Assembly (NCBI RefSeq): GCF_018977255.1
Contig: NW_024704742.1
Span: forward strand, 56,980,001-57,044,000
Origin: Callorhinchus milii
Lineage: Eukaryota
Direction of reading: 5' to 3'
DNA: 64,000 bases
Shown here: in pieces, positions 51,167 to 63,093 of the stretch
How the letters are laid out: each line of letters begins with the position of its first letter
How positions within the stretch are numbered: position 1 is the first letter of the stretch
Notes under the pieces: model-generated
The model's database searches: none
The model's input: the letters and a program-made list of their open reading frames with translations, nothing else
Told to the model about the DNA's origin: nothing
Made by a program: the position numbers and the translations under genes

Positions 51167-52420
51167 ATGTCCAAACGTTTTTGTAAACCCCGTGAGGAAG
51201 CCCAGGGGCAGCCGTCTCATTATCCGTCAGTCCCTCAGATTGAACTGTAATCTATCCAGATGAACTTTATAAAGGGGGGCAGTTGTTCTGCCGCATTTGC
51301 TGTCACGCAATTTACCATGTTTACAAGTGCACCATTGATGACCACGTGAAATCTCTGAAACATTGTGAACCCAAGGCAGCAGCAATAAAGAAAAAAAAAT
51401 GAAGGTAAAATACTTTTGATATACTTAATATTAAATGAAAATGTATCATTATTTGCTTTCACTATCATTTTGAAAGAAAATCTTAATCACCTCTCGGCTT
51501 GACTTCTCTAACGCCCTCTTTGCCGGTCTGCCATCCACCACCATCCATAAAAACCAAATCATCCAAAACTCTGCCATCCGCATTCTCATCCGCTTGAAAC
51601 TCCGCTCCCTGATCACCCCGGTCCTTGCCAGACTGCACTGACTGCCAATCCCAGAGAGGATCGATTCCAAGATCCTCACCCTTGTATTCAAGTCCCTGCA
51701 CTCCTCTGCACGCCCCTACCTCTCTGACCTCCTCTCTCCTCAAACCAGTACCCGTTGCCTTTGTTCTTCCAGGTCTGGCCTCCTCCTCATCCCCCAAGTC
51801 CTCCGCTCCACCCTTGGCGGTCGTGCCTTCAGCCACTATGCCGAGGCTCTGGAATTCCCTTCTTCACTCCCTTTGCCTCGCCCCCTCTCTTCCTACTTTC
51901 AGGTCCCTTCTGAAGACCTTTCTTTTCGACTGCGCCTTTGGTCACGTTCCTCTCCCTCCCCCTGGCTCGGCCCCGGGATTTGTTTCTGTGAAGCGCTCTG
52001 AGACGCCGTCCGGCGTGGAGGGCGCTGTATAAATCCAAGTTGTTGTTGTTGTTAATCCCAACATAAAACAAACACAGCAAACAAAAACAAATAGATGGAA
52101 CATTTCTAATGACAAATGCATCACGAAGATCAATTTTTTTTTTTTCCTTTCTAGGTGGTTCTGCACCTCAAAGACAACTTGATCCGACAACCTGCTTCTC
52201 TAGAGCCTCTGCATCATCAACGGAGAGGAAAGAATTCAAATTGGACATTGTGCGGTGTTTGACTAGAGCAGACATACCACTTGAAAAGCTCCTGCCTTCC
52301 AAGAGTTTCTATGCAACTGCACGAAACAGGGAGGGAGTATTCCAATACCAGCAGCTTCGTAATATATACTTATTCCTGAGCATGAAGTATTTTTGAAGAA
52401 ACATGTTGAGGACACGAATG
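51167..52420 (+). pseudogene. Degenerate CGGBP1-like transposase N-terminus (zf-BED plus IPLEK/GGSIP domain), two coding exons ~51167-51404 and ~52155-52420
   Basis: VSPSD*TVIYPDELYKGGQLFCRICCHAIYHVYKCTIDDHVKSLKH (51226-51363), then DIVRCLTRADIPLEK, PAFQEFL...KQGGSIP and QQLRNIYL across frameshifts. Resembles human CGGBP1 as recalled. Contains stops and frameshifts. Confidence 0.8.
51486..52053 (+). mobile_element. L2 LINE 3' fragment nested in the intron of the hAT element
   Basis: Degenerate [11 protein letters not shown]...KTFLFD with a (GTT)n tail; TTAATC at both junctions. Confidence 0.9.
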
Positions 52421-52548
52421 CAAAATGCGCTTCTCAGTAGCACCAATCCAGCCCTCCGCAATTTTCCGCAAATTTGTGAAGCACTCCGCAATTTTTTAGC
52501 AAATATTTATTTCTGCACTTTTCTTTTGGCCCAGGCAATGTGTAAACC

Positions 52549-52656
52549 TAGCAGGTCAGGCAGCATCTATGGAGAAAGGAAAGTGGGTAATGTTTCGGGT
52601 CAACAACCCTTCACCTGTTCTGGTTTCAGATTTCCAGCATCTGCAGTATTTTGCAT
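52549..52656. mobile_element. Short non-autonomous retroelement remnant (Penelope-like type as recalled from shark genomes)
   Basis: AGCAGGTCAGGCAGCATCT...TTTCCAGCATCTGCAGTATTTTGC flanked by the 12-bp direct repeat AATGTGTAAACC (52537-52548, 52657-52668). Confidence 0.55.
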
Positions 52657-55600
52657 AATGTGTAAACCCGTTTGTATTAGGAGAGTTGTACAATCCTTTT
52701 CATTGGTTAAAAATAGATTGCTTCGAAGCATGATGTACTTTCAGTTCACAGAGCTATCTTTGTTCACCAAACTTTAAAAACATCATTAAAAATCATAATT
52801 ATGACCTCACTGTCGGGATTGTTTGAGGGGATCTCAACTTCGATTTGCGCAATACTTGAATGTATTGAATGTAGGCTCTGGACGTAGCTCATCTACTTAT
52901 GCTTCAAATCCTAGAAGCAAAATTTTTAATTAGTCACTAAAAATGCCAAGAATACACAAATAACCCTTTGAAAGTAAGTTATTGAAAATTCACTCTCTAT
53001 ATTGCAAATCTAGCATTTTGAGAAAAGTTAACAGTTAAAGAATCCCACTTTTGGAAGCTACTCTGATCTACAATTAGACTTCTTGTAAAAAGCTGCCTTC
53101 TATTCCTGAATATAGTATAACGAATGGTTAATAATCATACTTATTTTCAAATATCCCTCTTTTGTCCATTTCATATCTTCTGGCGACAAATGTACATAAA
53201 CTTCCATTCATCTGCACTGTATACCAGTTTCCATTCTTTTCGACATACAAATACATTATTTTGTCCAGTTCCCTTGCTTTTTCATGTACACTTGTCAGAG
53301 TCACGTAGCTTGGCACCAACACTAAATTTCATCATGATGCAATAAACACTTGTCGTAGACTGTCGTACTGGGCATCTTATTTGCATTTGCAAATTTTAAT
53401 TTTAATTCATAAAATACAACAGCTTTAAAATATCTTAAAGTGATTAAGTCACAACGCAGAAGATTAGATTTGGCTCTTTAATAGCTCGTAGTGCTATTTA
53501 TATAGTGCCCTTCACACGGGGTAGCGTCGCAGAACACTTCACAGTGGCGGAGTCTGATCCCAAGTCAGGGGTAGAGGGATATGGGATAGAAAGGAAAGCG
53601 GGGGATCAAACCTGACATCTAAATTGGGCATAGGTTTGGTGAGTCTGAGGGAGAGCCAGGGCAGGTTGTGGAATTGAGACCCGCAGGAGTGAAGATGAGG
53701 ACAGGAGCCAAAGAGTATGGTTTCCGTCTTACCGACATTCAGCAATGATACTGGTTTGCTATGAGTAATTTCAAGACAATAATCTGGTTGACATCTTAAA
53801 ATGTCATAAACTGCAGGAATACAGATAGAATTCACTGAAAGCTAATCAACAGAACCGAGTATAGAGGTAATTTCAGGAATATGTGACCTACAATTTTATC
53901 AGGGCATGTATGACAGTGATTCACAGCAAAAGTTATGATCATGAGTATATTGTATATCTAGAATTCATTTGACAGCTCGCAGAGCATTTCTGAGGCAGTG
54001 ATGCACAGAATTTCAACAAGCATCCTGACAATACACTGAAATCTCAATATCCCACTGAAAAAACAATAAAACTTTTTAAATACTTCACCTGACCAAGCAT
54101 TACAAAGATTTGTTGCCTCAATATACTATTATTCTTTCAGTGCGAGGTCAAAGTACCAACAGCAATAAATGGCAGAACAAAGAAGAATCACTCCAGCATT
54201 CTCTACATACAATAAAACTCGTATAAGTCTTATCTTGATAAATTATATAATTTCATAAGTTGTAGATGCGCTCGAGTCCCATTCAGTTTCCTATAAAAAA
54301 CACTTTGATTTCTTTGCACTAGTCACATTTATCATCTTGTAACTCATAAAGCCCCTCCCCTATCCTCCATTACTCCGGCCCTTAATGGTTGCATTGAATC
54401 GCGGGAAATGACATCCTGACCGATCACCACATGTGCACTTACCGGCTGCATCAAATGACACGTGCGCTGTGTAGATTGATTCAATCGGATTTTATACGAC
54501 TATAGATTGCCTGAAACTTGGACTTCATATATTAAATATCATGGTCCAGACTGATACGAATTATGAGAGTTTTATTTTACGACAAGAAATATACTTGATA
54601 TGGTATTGTGTCCAGTGAACATCGTCTAGTTAGCTTCGTGTACTTGAAAATGTCAATTAAAAATCCAAAATGCAAACAAGATCAGAAATATGTGGTGTGG
54701 CCCACACTTACTTATATAGACTCTTAGTCCATTAAATCATCGCATTGGTGAAACCAGTCGCAACAAACTCAAATCGAGCACTATGGAATCATTATTGTGG
54801 TGACATTTATTAAGTAAGCAATGTCGAACCATTCCAGGCTGGCTGGAAATCATCACAAGTCCCAGTTTGTTTATTATTTTACCAGATCAGCAGTTGCTAA
54901 GCAACCAGTGCAGTCTACATGAGATAGAAAACACTGTCCTTTTGACAGGAAAACTGCATGGCTTATGGCACAATTATATCAGAACATAATTCTTCTTGGC
55001 ATCTACAATATCAGAATGAACTTTGGAAGTCATTCTAAACCCTGCTTTCTAGATTGTGGGTACTGAAAGGAAATGAGACCGAAGGCCATGAATATTAATA
55101 AATATATTACAGGTGTTGCTGAGATTATGTAGGTACCAGCTGCTTAGCAAGAAAAAATTCAGGTCAGAGTTCCATTGGGACTAGGAGTTAACCACAGGAT
55201 TCACATCTCTGCTGCAGAGTTTCTACAGCAACAGAATTAAAGCCACTTGGGAACGATTTTACTACCAGCAATACTGTACAATGAGTTTAATTGACACCAC
55301 AATTAATATTAATTGCAATACTTGCTTAGCCTGTTCTGTGGTCTAAGATGCAACAAAGCAAAATGTTGTATTTTGTTAGAAAGTTTCTTTTTCCATCTCT
55401 TTAGCATCCATTACCTGACTCAGATGATAGGTGGCAATGCATACTACTCAGACCCTGTGGTATGTCCGGGTAGTTGAGTGTGGGAGAAGGAATTGGTCTT
55501 GGCTCCCTGCCTAAGGTGAAAATATTATATCTCTCTATCTGAGATATCAGAACTTCTATTTAGAGTGCTGAAAGCACTGTCCACTTCCTAGCACACCACC

Positions 55601-57894
55601 TGATCACACAGATAACAAGAGATGATCAAATGATGCAGGCTCATCAGCCTATTTGATCTCATCCTTCCAGAATGCAAAAGAAGGAGGTCTCCCCCCATGT
55701 CCTGGCAACTGGCTGCTGCGGTTTGCCAACAAAATACACGTCAATCCACTTTACAGCATATCCATTGAAGAGCTTTGAGATGCTTCAATGACATGAGAAG
55801 GCGCTATATCGAATGTAAGCATTATTATTATTTTTTATTATAATTCCTACCCTACAACAACAACTTGCATTTATATAGCACTGTTCATGTGGGGTAGGAT
55901 CTCAAAGCACTCACCTTCTTTCCATCACAGCATCAAGCTGTTTTTTTAAACAGGTACAGTGTCTTGGACCACCAGCCTCAACCAGCCTTCCTGTTCCAGT
56001 TGTTATTTACCCTCTGGATAAAGAAAAAGGGTTGTTTTTTTGGGGGGAGGGAGTTGTCCTGAAACTGTCCTTTGCAAACCTGTGTCCTCTTGTTCTACTG
56101 GTCCATTGCATCTGAAAGTATTGTTCTAATTTCTCAAACCCTTTGAAAATCTTGTACATTTTGGTAAATTCCCAACCCAGTGCCAATATCCACACAAACA
56201 TTCTTCGCAAAATACAATCCAACTACAGTAAAATTTGCATAAGTCTGATCTGTATAAATCATATAATTGTATAAGTCATACATCTGCCCAAACCAGTTGA
56301 AGAGTTTATATTCTATGCAAGTTTGACATAACCTATAAGTCATATTAAATGTATGGTCCCAACTGATATGACTTGTGAGGATTAGTGTACAAGAATCTCA
56401 CATCATCTGAAGCTGATAAAACAGTAAGTGCTGTAATGAAGGTTGCAATGAAGGTTCTCTTTTCAAATTCAGTCCCAAGATCCTGAATACTGAGCAATGG
56501 CTTTGTACGTTACACATAAACGGAATCTTTGTAATATTTTCATGTTTCGCTTGAAGCCTTTGAGCCCACAACTATTCAATAACAACAACAATTTGCATTT
56601 ATACAGCGCCTTTCACATAGGGAAACAACGATTCATTATAGTAGCCAATACTAGGGCAAAGAGTAATTGTAGGGCATCGAAGCTTAAGATTTCATGCATA
56701 ACAAACCTACAAACACACAATAACACATATTCAACTAATAGAGCTTCAGAGCAGTTACTAAATGGAGGATATGGTGTATGAGGGGGAGGGGCGGGGAAGA
56801 GAAAAGAAAATTACAAATGAACACTAAGACTAGTCAAACGTCAGCTTGGATGTAGTACAGTGTAAGGAAAGGCCTTCATTTATATAACAAACTGACTTTG
56901 TGTGAAGGGAATTAAACTGGCAATGCAATATAAAGCACAGCAGTACTGTTGTGTGACTACAGTGGTTATATTAACATCACAATTTTACCAACAACAAACT
57001 GACAAGGTCCAATGAGACACTTAGACAAGAGAAAGGGAGTGGGGGGAATGATTCTCCTGGTCTCTTTGACAACAATACTCTAGAATAATTGGTCATTCCC
57101 CTCTGGTTGTTTGTGGGACTTCACTGGCAAAAATGGCTGCATATTTGCCCACAAGAAAGAGTTAATATACTTGTCAATAATTACCAACAAAACACTTTGG
57201 CATATTGATATTGATTAGCCATGAATCAACATAATGGTGGAGCTAGCCTCATGTGCAGAATGGTCTATTCATCTTTCCATGTTCTTATGATATACTATAA
57301 AAATCCAAATTGTTTCCTTTGGCTAGCAGCATTGAGATCAGTAATCAATAGGGTCTTTAGTTTAAAGCTGTAAATGGTCTAAAATGTAGTATTAGATCTG
57401 CATACTTTAAACAACACTGTTAGCAACATTGCTAACATCACAATTGTTCTGCCAGCAAACTGACCATTAAAAATATACACTACTGTCTGGGCTTCTGTCT
57501 GCATCGATTCAGACCGGGCTGATATGTTCAGTTAAAGAGCATCGATAGGACAAAAGAAAGGGGTAGATGCTATTAGTGAGAAAAGTTTCCCTTTCCCTTC
57601 CTTCAGTGGTCAGTACAAAATGCAAACATACTAAAAATACACACACACAAAAGTAATGTGACTTTTCTTAAAAATAAAAAACACTAAATATTGCAAATTG
57701 GAGCAAGCCATTTAATTCCAAACTGCATTGCTGTGATGATGATTGGCCAATCTCCAGAATCCCTGATGACAGCATCAGGTAACTCCACAGTTGGTCTGAA
57801 GCACTATATGCTGCTGCTCTGTAGCTCTGACTTATTCTTAAACCATTGTCTCCAAATCAGACAACAAAGACAACTCTCATTTACATGGCACCAA

Positions 57895-59084
57895 TAACAA
57901 CAACAACAACAACATTCCATTTATAGAGGGCCTTTCACGTCGGGAGGACGTCCCAAGGCGCTGTACAGTTGGGTCAGGACCCGAGCAGAGGGGAAATGGT
58001 CAGGGTGAGGGGAGGGAACGGGAGGAGGCGAGGAGGGGGTAGAGAGTCGAGAGGGGAGCTGAAGGCACGGTCAAAGAGAAAGGTCTTGAGACCGGCCTTG
58101 AAGGAGGAAAGGGAGGAGGCGGTGAAGGCACTGGGGGATGGAGTTCCAGAGCCTCGGGGCTGAGAGGCTGAAGGCCCGACCACCGATGGTAGGGCGGTTG
58201 GGGCGGGGGATGTGGAGCAGACCGGAGCCAGAGGAACGGAGGGTACAGGCAGGTAAGTAGGGGGATAGTAGGTCGGAGAGGTAAGAGGGAGCGAGGCCGT
58301 GAATGGCCTGTAGACGAGGATCTTGAATTCAATCCTCTGGGGGATGGGGAGCCAGTGGAGGCGAGCGAGGGTGGGAGTGATGTGGTCCTGGTGCGGGACA
58401 GTACACGAGCTGCAGAGTTCTGAATGACCTGCAGCTTGTGGAGGGAGGTGCCGGGAAGGCCGGCGAGGAGAGAGTTCCCAAAGTCCAGCCTTGAGGTGAT
58501 AAAGGCGTGGACCAGAGTTTCAGCAGCGTGAGGGGTGAGGTAGTGCCGTAGTCTGGCGATGTTTTGGAGGTGATGGAAGGCAGTGCCAGTTGTGGTGCGG
58601 ATAAGAGGAAGAAAGGACAGCTCAGGGTCGAACAGAACCCCGAGGTTCCTGACCGGCTTTGAGAGGTGGAGAGTGCAGCCTTGGATACTGATGCTGTCAG
58701 CGCCTGAGGTGCGGAGGCGCTGACGTGAGCCAATCAGGAGGGCCTCAGTTTTGCGCACGTTGAGCTGAAGAAAGTTGTCTCTCGTCCAGGACTCGATGTC
58801 GGACAGGGAGCTGTCAGGACATCGGTGGTCGTGGAGTTGAGGGTAGAGGAGGAAAAGTAGAGTTGGGTGTCATCCGTATACATGTGGAAGTTAACCCCAT
58901 GTCTGCGGATGATGTCACCAAGGGGGAGCATATAGAGGGTGAAGAGGAGGGGACCGAGGACAGAGCCTTGAGGGACACCGCACGAGACAGTGCGGGGGGT
59001 GGAGGAAAAGCTGTTTGTGGAAACAAAATGAAGACGGTGGGAGAGGTACAACCTAAACCACTCAAGGACAGGGCCTTGAAGGTT
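57895..59084 (-). mobile_element. Young 5'-truncated L2-clade LINE, same subfamily
   Basis: [13 protein letters not shown] and YTDDTQLY; near-identical to the two copies above. Confidence 0.96.
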
Positions 59085-60478
59085 GCTTAGAGATTTACAA
59101 AGAGGTGTTTGTACATAAGTTGGTGGTGGTGGTGGAGGGGGAGAAATGAGGGAGATGATCATTGACATGGTCAAAGAAGTGAGTTTTAAGTTAGGACTTA
59201 AAAACATAAAAACAGATAGACAGAAGTAGAGTACTTCTGAGGTTTGGGGCAAAGAATCTGAAGGCTCGGCCATTGACATTGGTGCAGGGGGGGTTGGGGG
59301 GAGAAGACACTCACAAACACATGTATCCAGCCTAAGTTAGCGATGCGGAAGGGGTGAGCAAGGAAGTGGGATAAAGAGATAGAGAGGCGCTCGGGCATGA
59401 AGAGATTTATAGGTAAGAGTGAGGTCCTACAAAACTGATCTGTTAGGAGACATGGAACCAATGGAACCTGTCTAGGACTGGAATTAAAAACTTGCTGGTG
59501 ACAGACCAGGCAGTGAGCCCAAACCCTAATGGGTGAGGTGACCTTTGCTGGACAAGCATTGGAAGATTGTCAGATAGTGCTTTCAGTAGTTTGAGCTGGT
59601 TAGCTCCAACACAGTCTCTGGGGATTCCCAGCCCTTGGACCATGACAATTTGTGCCTCACATTCTCCGGAATTAGATAAGCATGGTACACAGCTCCAAGG
59701 AGAGACTTTACTTTCCATTACAGACACAGGTAAATTTCCAACTCTAAGTGGCATGCGGAGGTGGTACACTCAGTCGGGTTGGATATTCTTATGCATTGGT
59801 TTCCGCATGCGCCAGATACCTGGCTGAACAAAAAAAAATCCTTTCCAGCTGGGAGGATAGAATGGTCAAACATCTTCTACCAAGTCAAGGCTGGTAGAAT
59901 GAATTGACATCAGCAACAAACTACAGTACAATATTCCACTTCGCTGCTTACAAACACTCCCTTGTTTAAGCTATCTCCAAACCGATGTTGTGACTGAACA
60001 CATGCAAAAAAATGCCATGGTTACCAAATCATTTTAACACAGAATGTTTATAACTCTCATAAACACATTGAACCTCACTGTTAAAGCATCAAGCACAGCA
60101 GCATCAAGGGCGATCATGTCCCTTTGCTTGGCCCAGGTTTACTGAATCATTGTTTACATCATAATCCACCAAAGCAGAAATCTAGTTATTTTACAGACAG
60201 TTACTAAAAGTACTTACAGTACTTACTAAAAGCTGCAGCAATAGACACAATAGGTTCATGTGTGCATGAAAGTCATTCGCTGTGAAAGTCCCTCGAATTT
60301 AAAGAATTCCTCAATTAAAACAAAGCAAAAATAACCAAGGTAGGAAAGCAAGTAGAGTACATTAAGTTTCTATGACATAGGAATTCCTAACTCCTTAAAC
60401 AAAGATACCGTACTGCTGGCTGGAAATAGTGCAGGTGGCCATTAGGTGGCCCAGAATTCCCCCTAATTTTGGCCCTAT

Positions 60479-60790
60479 GGGTGTCCTGTAGCTCAGTGGT
60501 TAGAGCACTCGCCCCGCAAACTAGAAACCTGGGTCGATTTCTGGTAGGACGAAACCTTGGGCAAGTTTCCTTACATCATATGCCTGATAATAATCCCTCA
60601 AGAAAAAAAACAATGATAAAATTGGTCACTTCAATCTATGACTGTTTGTGGGACACTGCTGTACGCAATTGGCTGCCGCGTTTTGCCCACAAATATACCG
60701 TCAATTCACTTTACAGTATTTTCTGTGAAGCGTTTTGAGACATGAAGACGTGAAAAGCGCTATATCAAATGCAAGGATTATTATTATTGT
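60479..60790 (+). mobile_element. Full-length young tRNA/Deu SINE
   Basis: TGTAGCTCAGTGGTTAGAGCACTCGC head; same core and tail as 15038-15351. Confidence 0.9.
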
Positions 60791-62938
60791 TCCCATTTCT
60801 GGCTAACCATAAAATGAATTTAAATGACTGCTCCAGTCCAAACAGTTCACCTTCACTGAATTGTAGTCTATTGTGTGAATTCTCCTTTGGTGCGACTATT
60901 ATTATTATTATGATTATTATTATTAAGGCCAATACCTTATAATTCAACATGCAGAATTTTATAAAATGTATAAAGTGAAAGCCGTTTTTCTGCAGTTGTT
61001 AAAAAGAAAAGCAGCTTCCAAATTAAAGACTGCAGTTGGGAATTTGCAAAAATTCTACATGATCTTACATTTTTATTGTGACAAATATTTTTTTCAGGAG
61101 GCATTTTGGACAGATGTGTCAAGAAGATATGAGTTGCTTGCAAACATCCTGCTCTAATCTGCAAGACTAGCTCTGCCAACTCCCACCAGATACTTTTCTC
61201 AATAAGGCAGTTTCCTTTAAACTTTACAATGAAAGGCTTGGGACCTGCAATGAGAACTATCCAAGCGATTTAGTTTTCCTCTCAGAGCCAGGACACTGAG
61301 GAATCTTTATTTTTCATCTGAATTCTTCCCATTAGAGACGTACGTTAATATATCAGCCAAGAAATAAACAAGACACCCTTGTTTCAGTAGCATTTGGCCC
61401 ATATCTGCAAATTAACATCTTCAGACCATTTGACAATGGAAACTGGCTCATTTATATTCAGAACAGCTAATATTAAAAGCTGCAGGATCCATCCATCATC
61501 ATCACATGCCAAAATAGGATTCAGGCTATCTGGGTAATAAACCCAGAGAGTGAAGTTCCTACAATCTGTACAGACACAAGAATCTCTTAGTTGTACTGTA
61601 GTACGTTTCTAGAACTGTACTGCATTGTTGGAAGTGCCATCTTCATTAGGATAATAATGCTTGCCTATCAAATCAGGACGGCACCTTAAAGTGGTTCACC
61701 GAATTCACTGTACAGTGTAATGATTGTTTATTTAACTCCATAGACAAGCAATGTCCGACATACAGCCAAGAAGTGAATAACTGAATGTTATTAGGGGATT
61801 GCTGACCAAAAGATTGGGCGAAACTCCCTTCTTTTTTTAAATAACACCGTGGGATCTTTAAAATCTACTTGAACAGGAAGACAGGTTCTCGGTTGAATGT
61901 CTCATCCGAAGAACAGCACCTCCAGCAATCAGTGCTCACCCATCACTGCACTGAAATGTCAGCCTATACTTATGAGTGCAGTCCCAAAATGGGGCTTAAA
62001 CACACAACTTTAGGACTCAGAGGCAAGAATGCAAACTGAGCTTTGGATGAGAAGATAAAATGAGGTTCCACCTGCCTGTTTTGGTAAAGATGCCAGAACA
62101 TAATTCTAAAAGAGAAGGGAGTTTGTCTCAGTGTGGTTATCTTTCAAGACTGCTTGTGGCCATCATAATTTATGTTCTACAAATTCACAATGACTACATT
62201 TGACAGCAGTTACCTGTGTAGCTCTCTGCAATGTTTTAACTGTCATGGGGGCTATATCAAATGCAATATTGTTATTATAGCTATTAAAATACAAACATGA
62301 AAATGCATGGAGATAGAAAGACCACTCCTTCTACTTGCCATGTGAACACATAGCCTATTGTGCATTCCAACTTCCTGGTAGTTGTTTGGTATCAGTAACA
62401 TTCCAAAACTGAGGCTTATTTCCCCCTGTCAGAATGCTTAGGCTAATTATATCACCTCAGCTACTTCTCTGCTGAGAACTCAGCATAGAGTCAGATCTGA
62501 ACCTGCAAATTCCAATGTGTACTCCAATTGCTGCAACCTTATCTCAGCTTGCAACAATTGGGGTACAATTGGGCTCAGCTTGTCCAACTCAGAGTGGGGA
62601 GGGAAGGAAGGGGGGAAACAAAGGACAAGAATGAATGAAGCTATTTTAATTTACAGGACCAGAAAAGGTCACTGTCGTCTTTCTGACCGGTTTTAAAAGT
62701 AAACTTTATTTTTCTTAAATGGTCCTACACTTGTCGCTCTCTCATACTCCTCAGTTGAATTATTCACAAAACAGCAACCGCCGTCCTCTGAATTACAGAG
62801 GTCTGGTCACTTGTCCTATGTCTCTCAGCAATGAACAAGAAAATGATTTTAAACGAGACAGGCAATAAATCACTTCAGTATTATATCATCAATATGTTCT
62901 TTTGTCACCTAGCTCTATAACATCAGTAGAGTTTAGAG

Positions 62939-63093
62939 CAGTGGATGCCAACCTTTTTGGTCTAACAACAAAATGAATCAATAAATATTCAAACAAGAAA
63001 ACAATAGAAACAAAACGTTGATTTAAAACAGATTCATCTAGATTGGTGTGAATATTTGGCGGGCCATTTCCAACCATGGGTTGGCCACCTCTG
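62939..63093. mobile_element. hAT-Charlie-type MITE (155 bp)
   Basis: TIRs CAGTGGATGCCAACC and CAGAGGTGGCCAACC (12/15 match); perfect 8-bp TSD GTTTAGAG (62931-62938, 63094-63101). Confidence 0.85.

Larger units (their letters stand above)
50770..52534 (+). mobile_element. Internally deleted hAT DNA transposon of the CGGBP-related group
   Basis: 20-bp TIRs CTGGGCCAATGGAAAAGTGC and CTGGGCCAAAAGAAAAGTGC (18/20 match). 8-bp TSD GCAATGAG (50762-50769) / GCAATGTG (52535-52542). Subterminal GCGG/CCGC repeats and a degenerate zf-BED coding region inside. Confidence 0.85.

Noticed and set aside
55900..55950. AAAGAAG|GTGAGT as the donor of the missing upstream SNX25 exon (expected to end ...KE)
   Set aside because: There is an in-frame TGA just upstream, no SNX25 similarity, and it lies at a repeat junction
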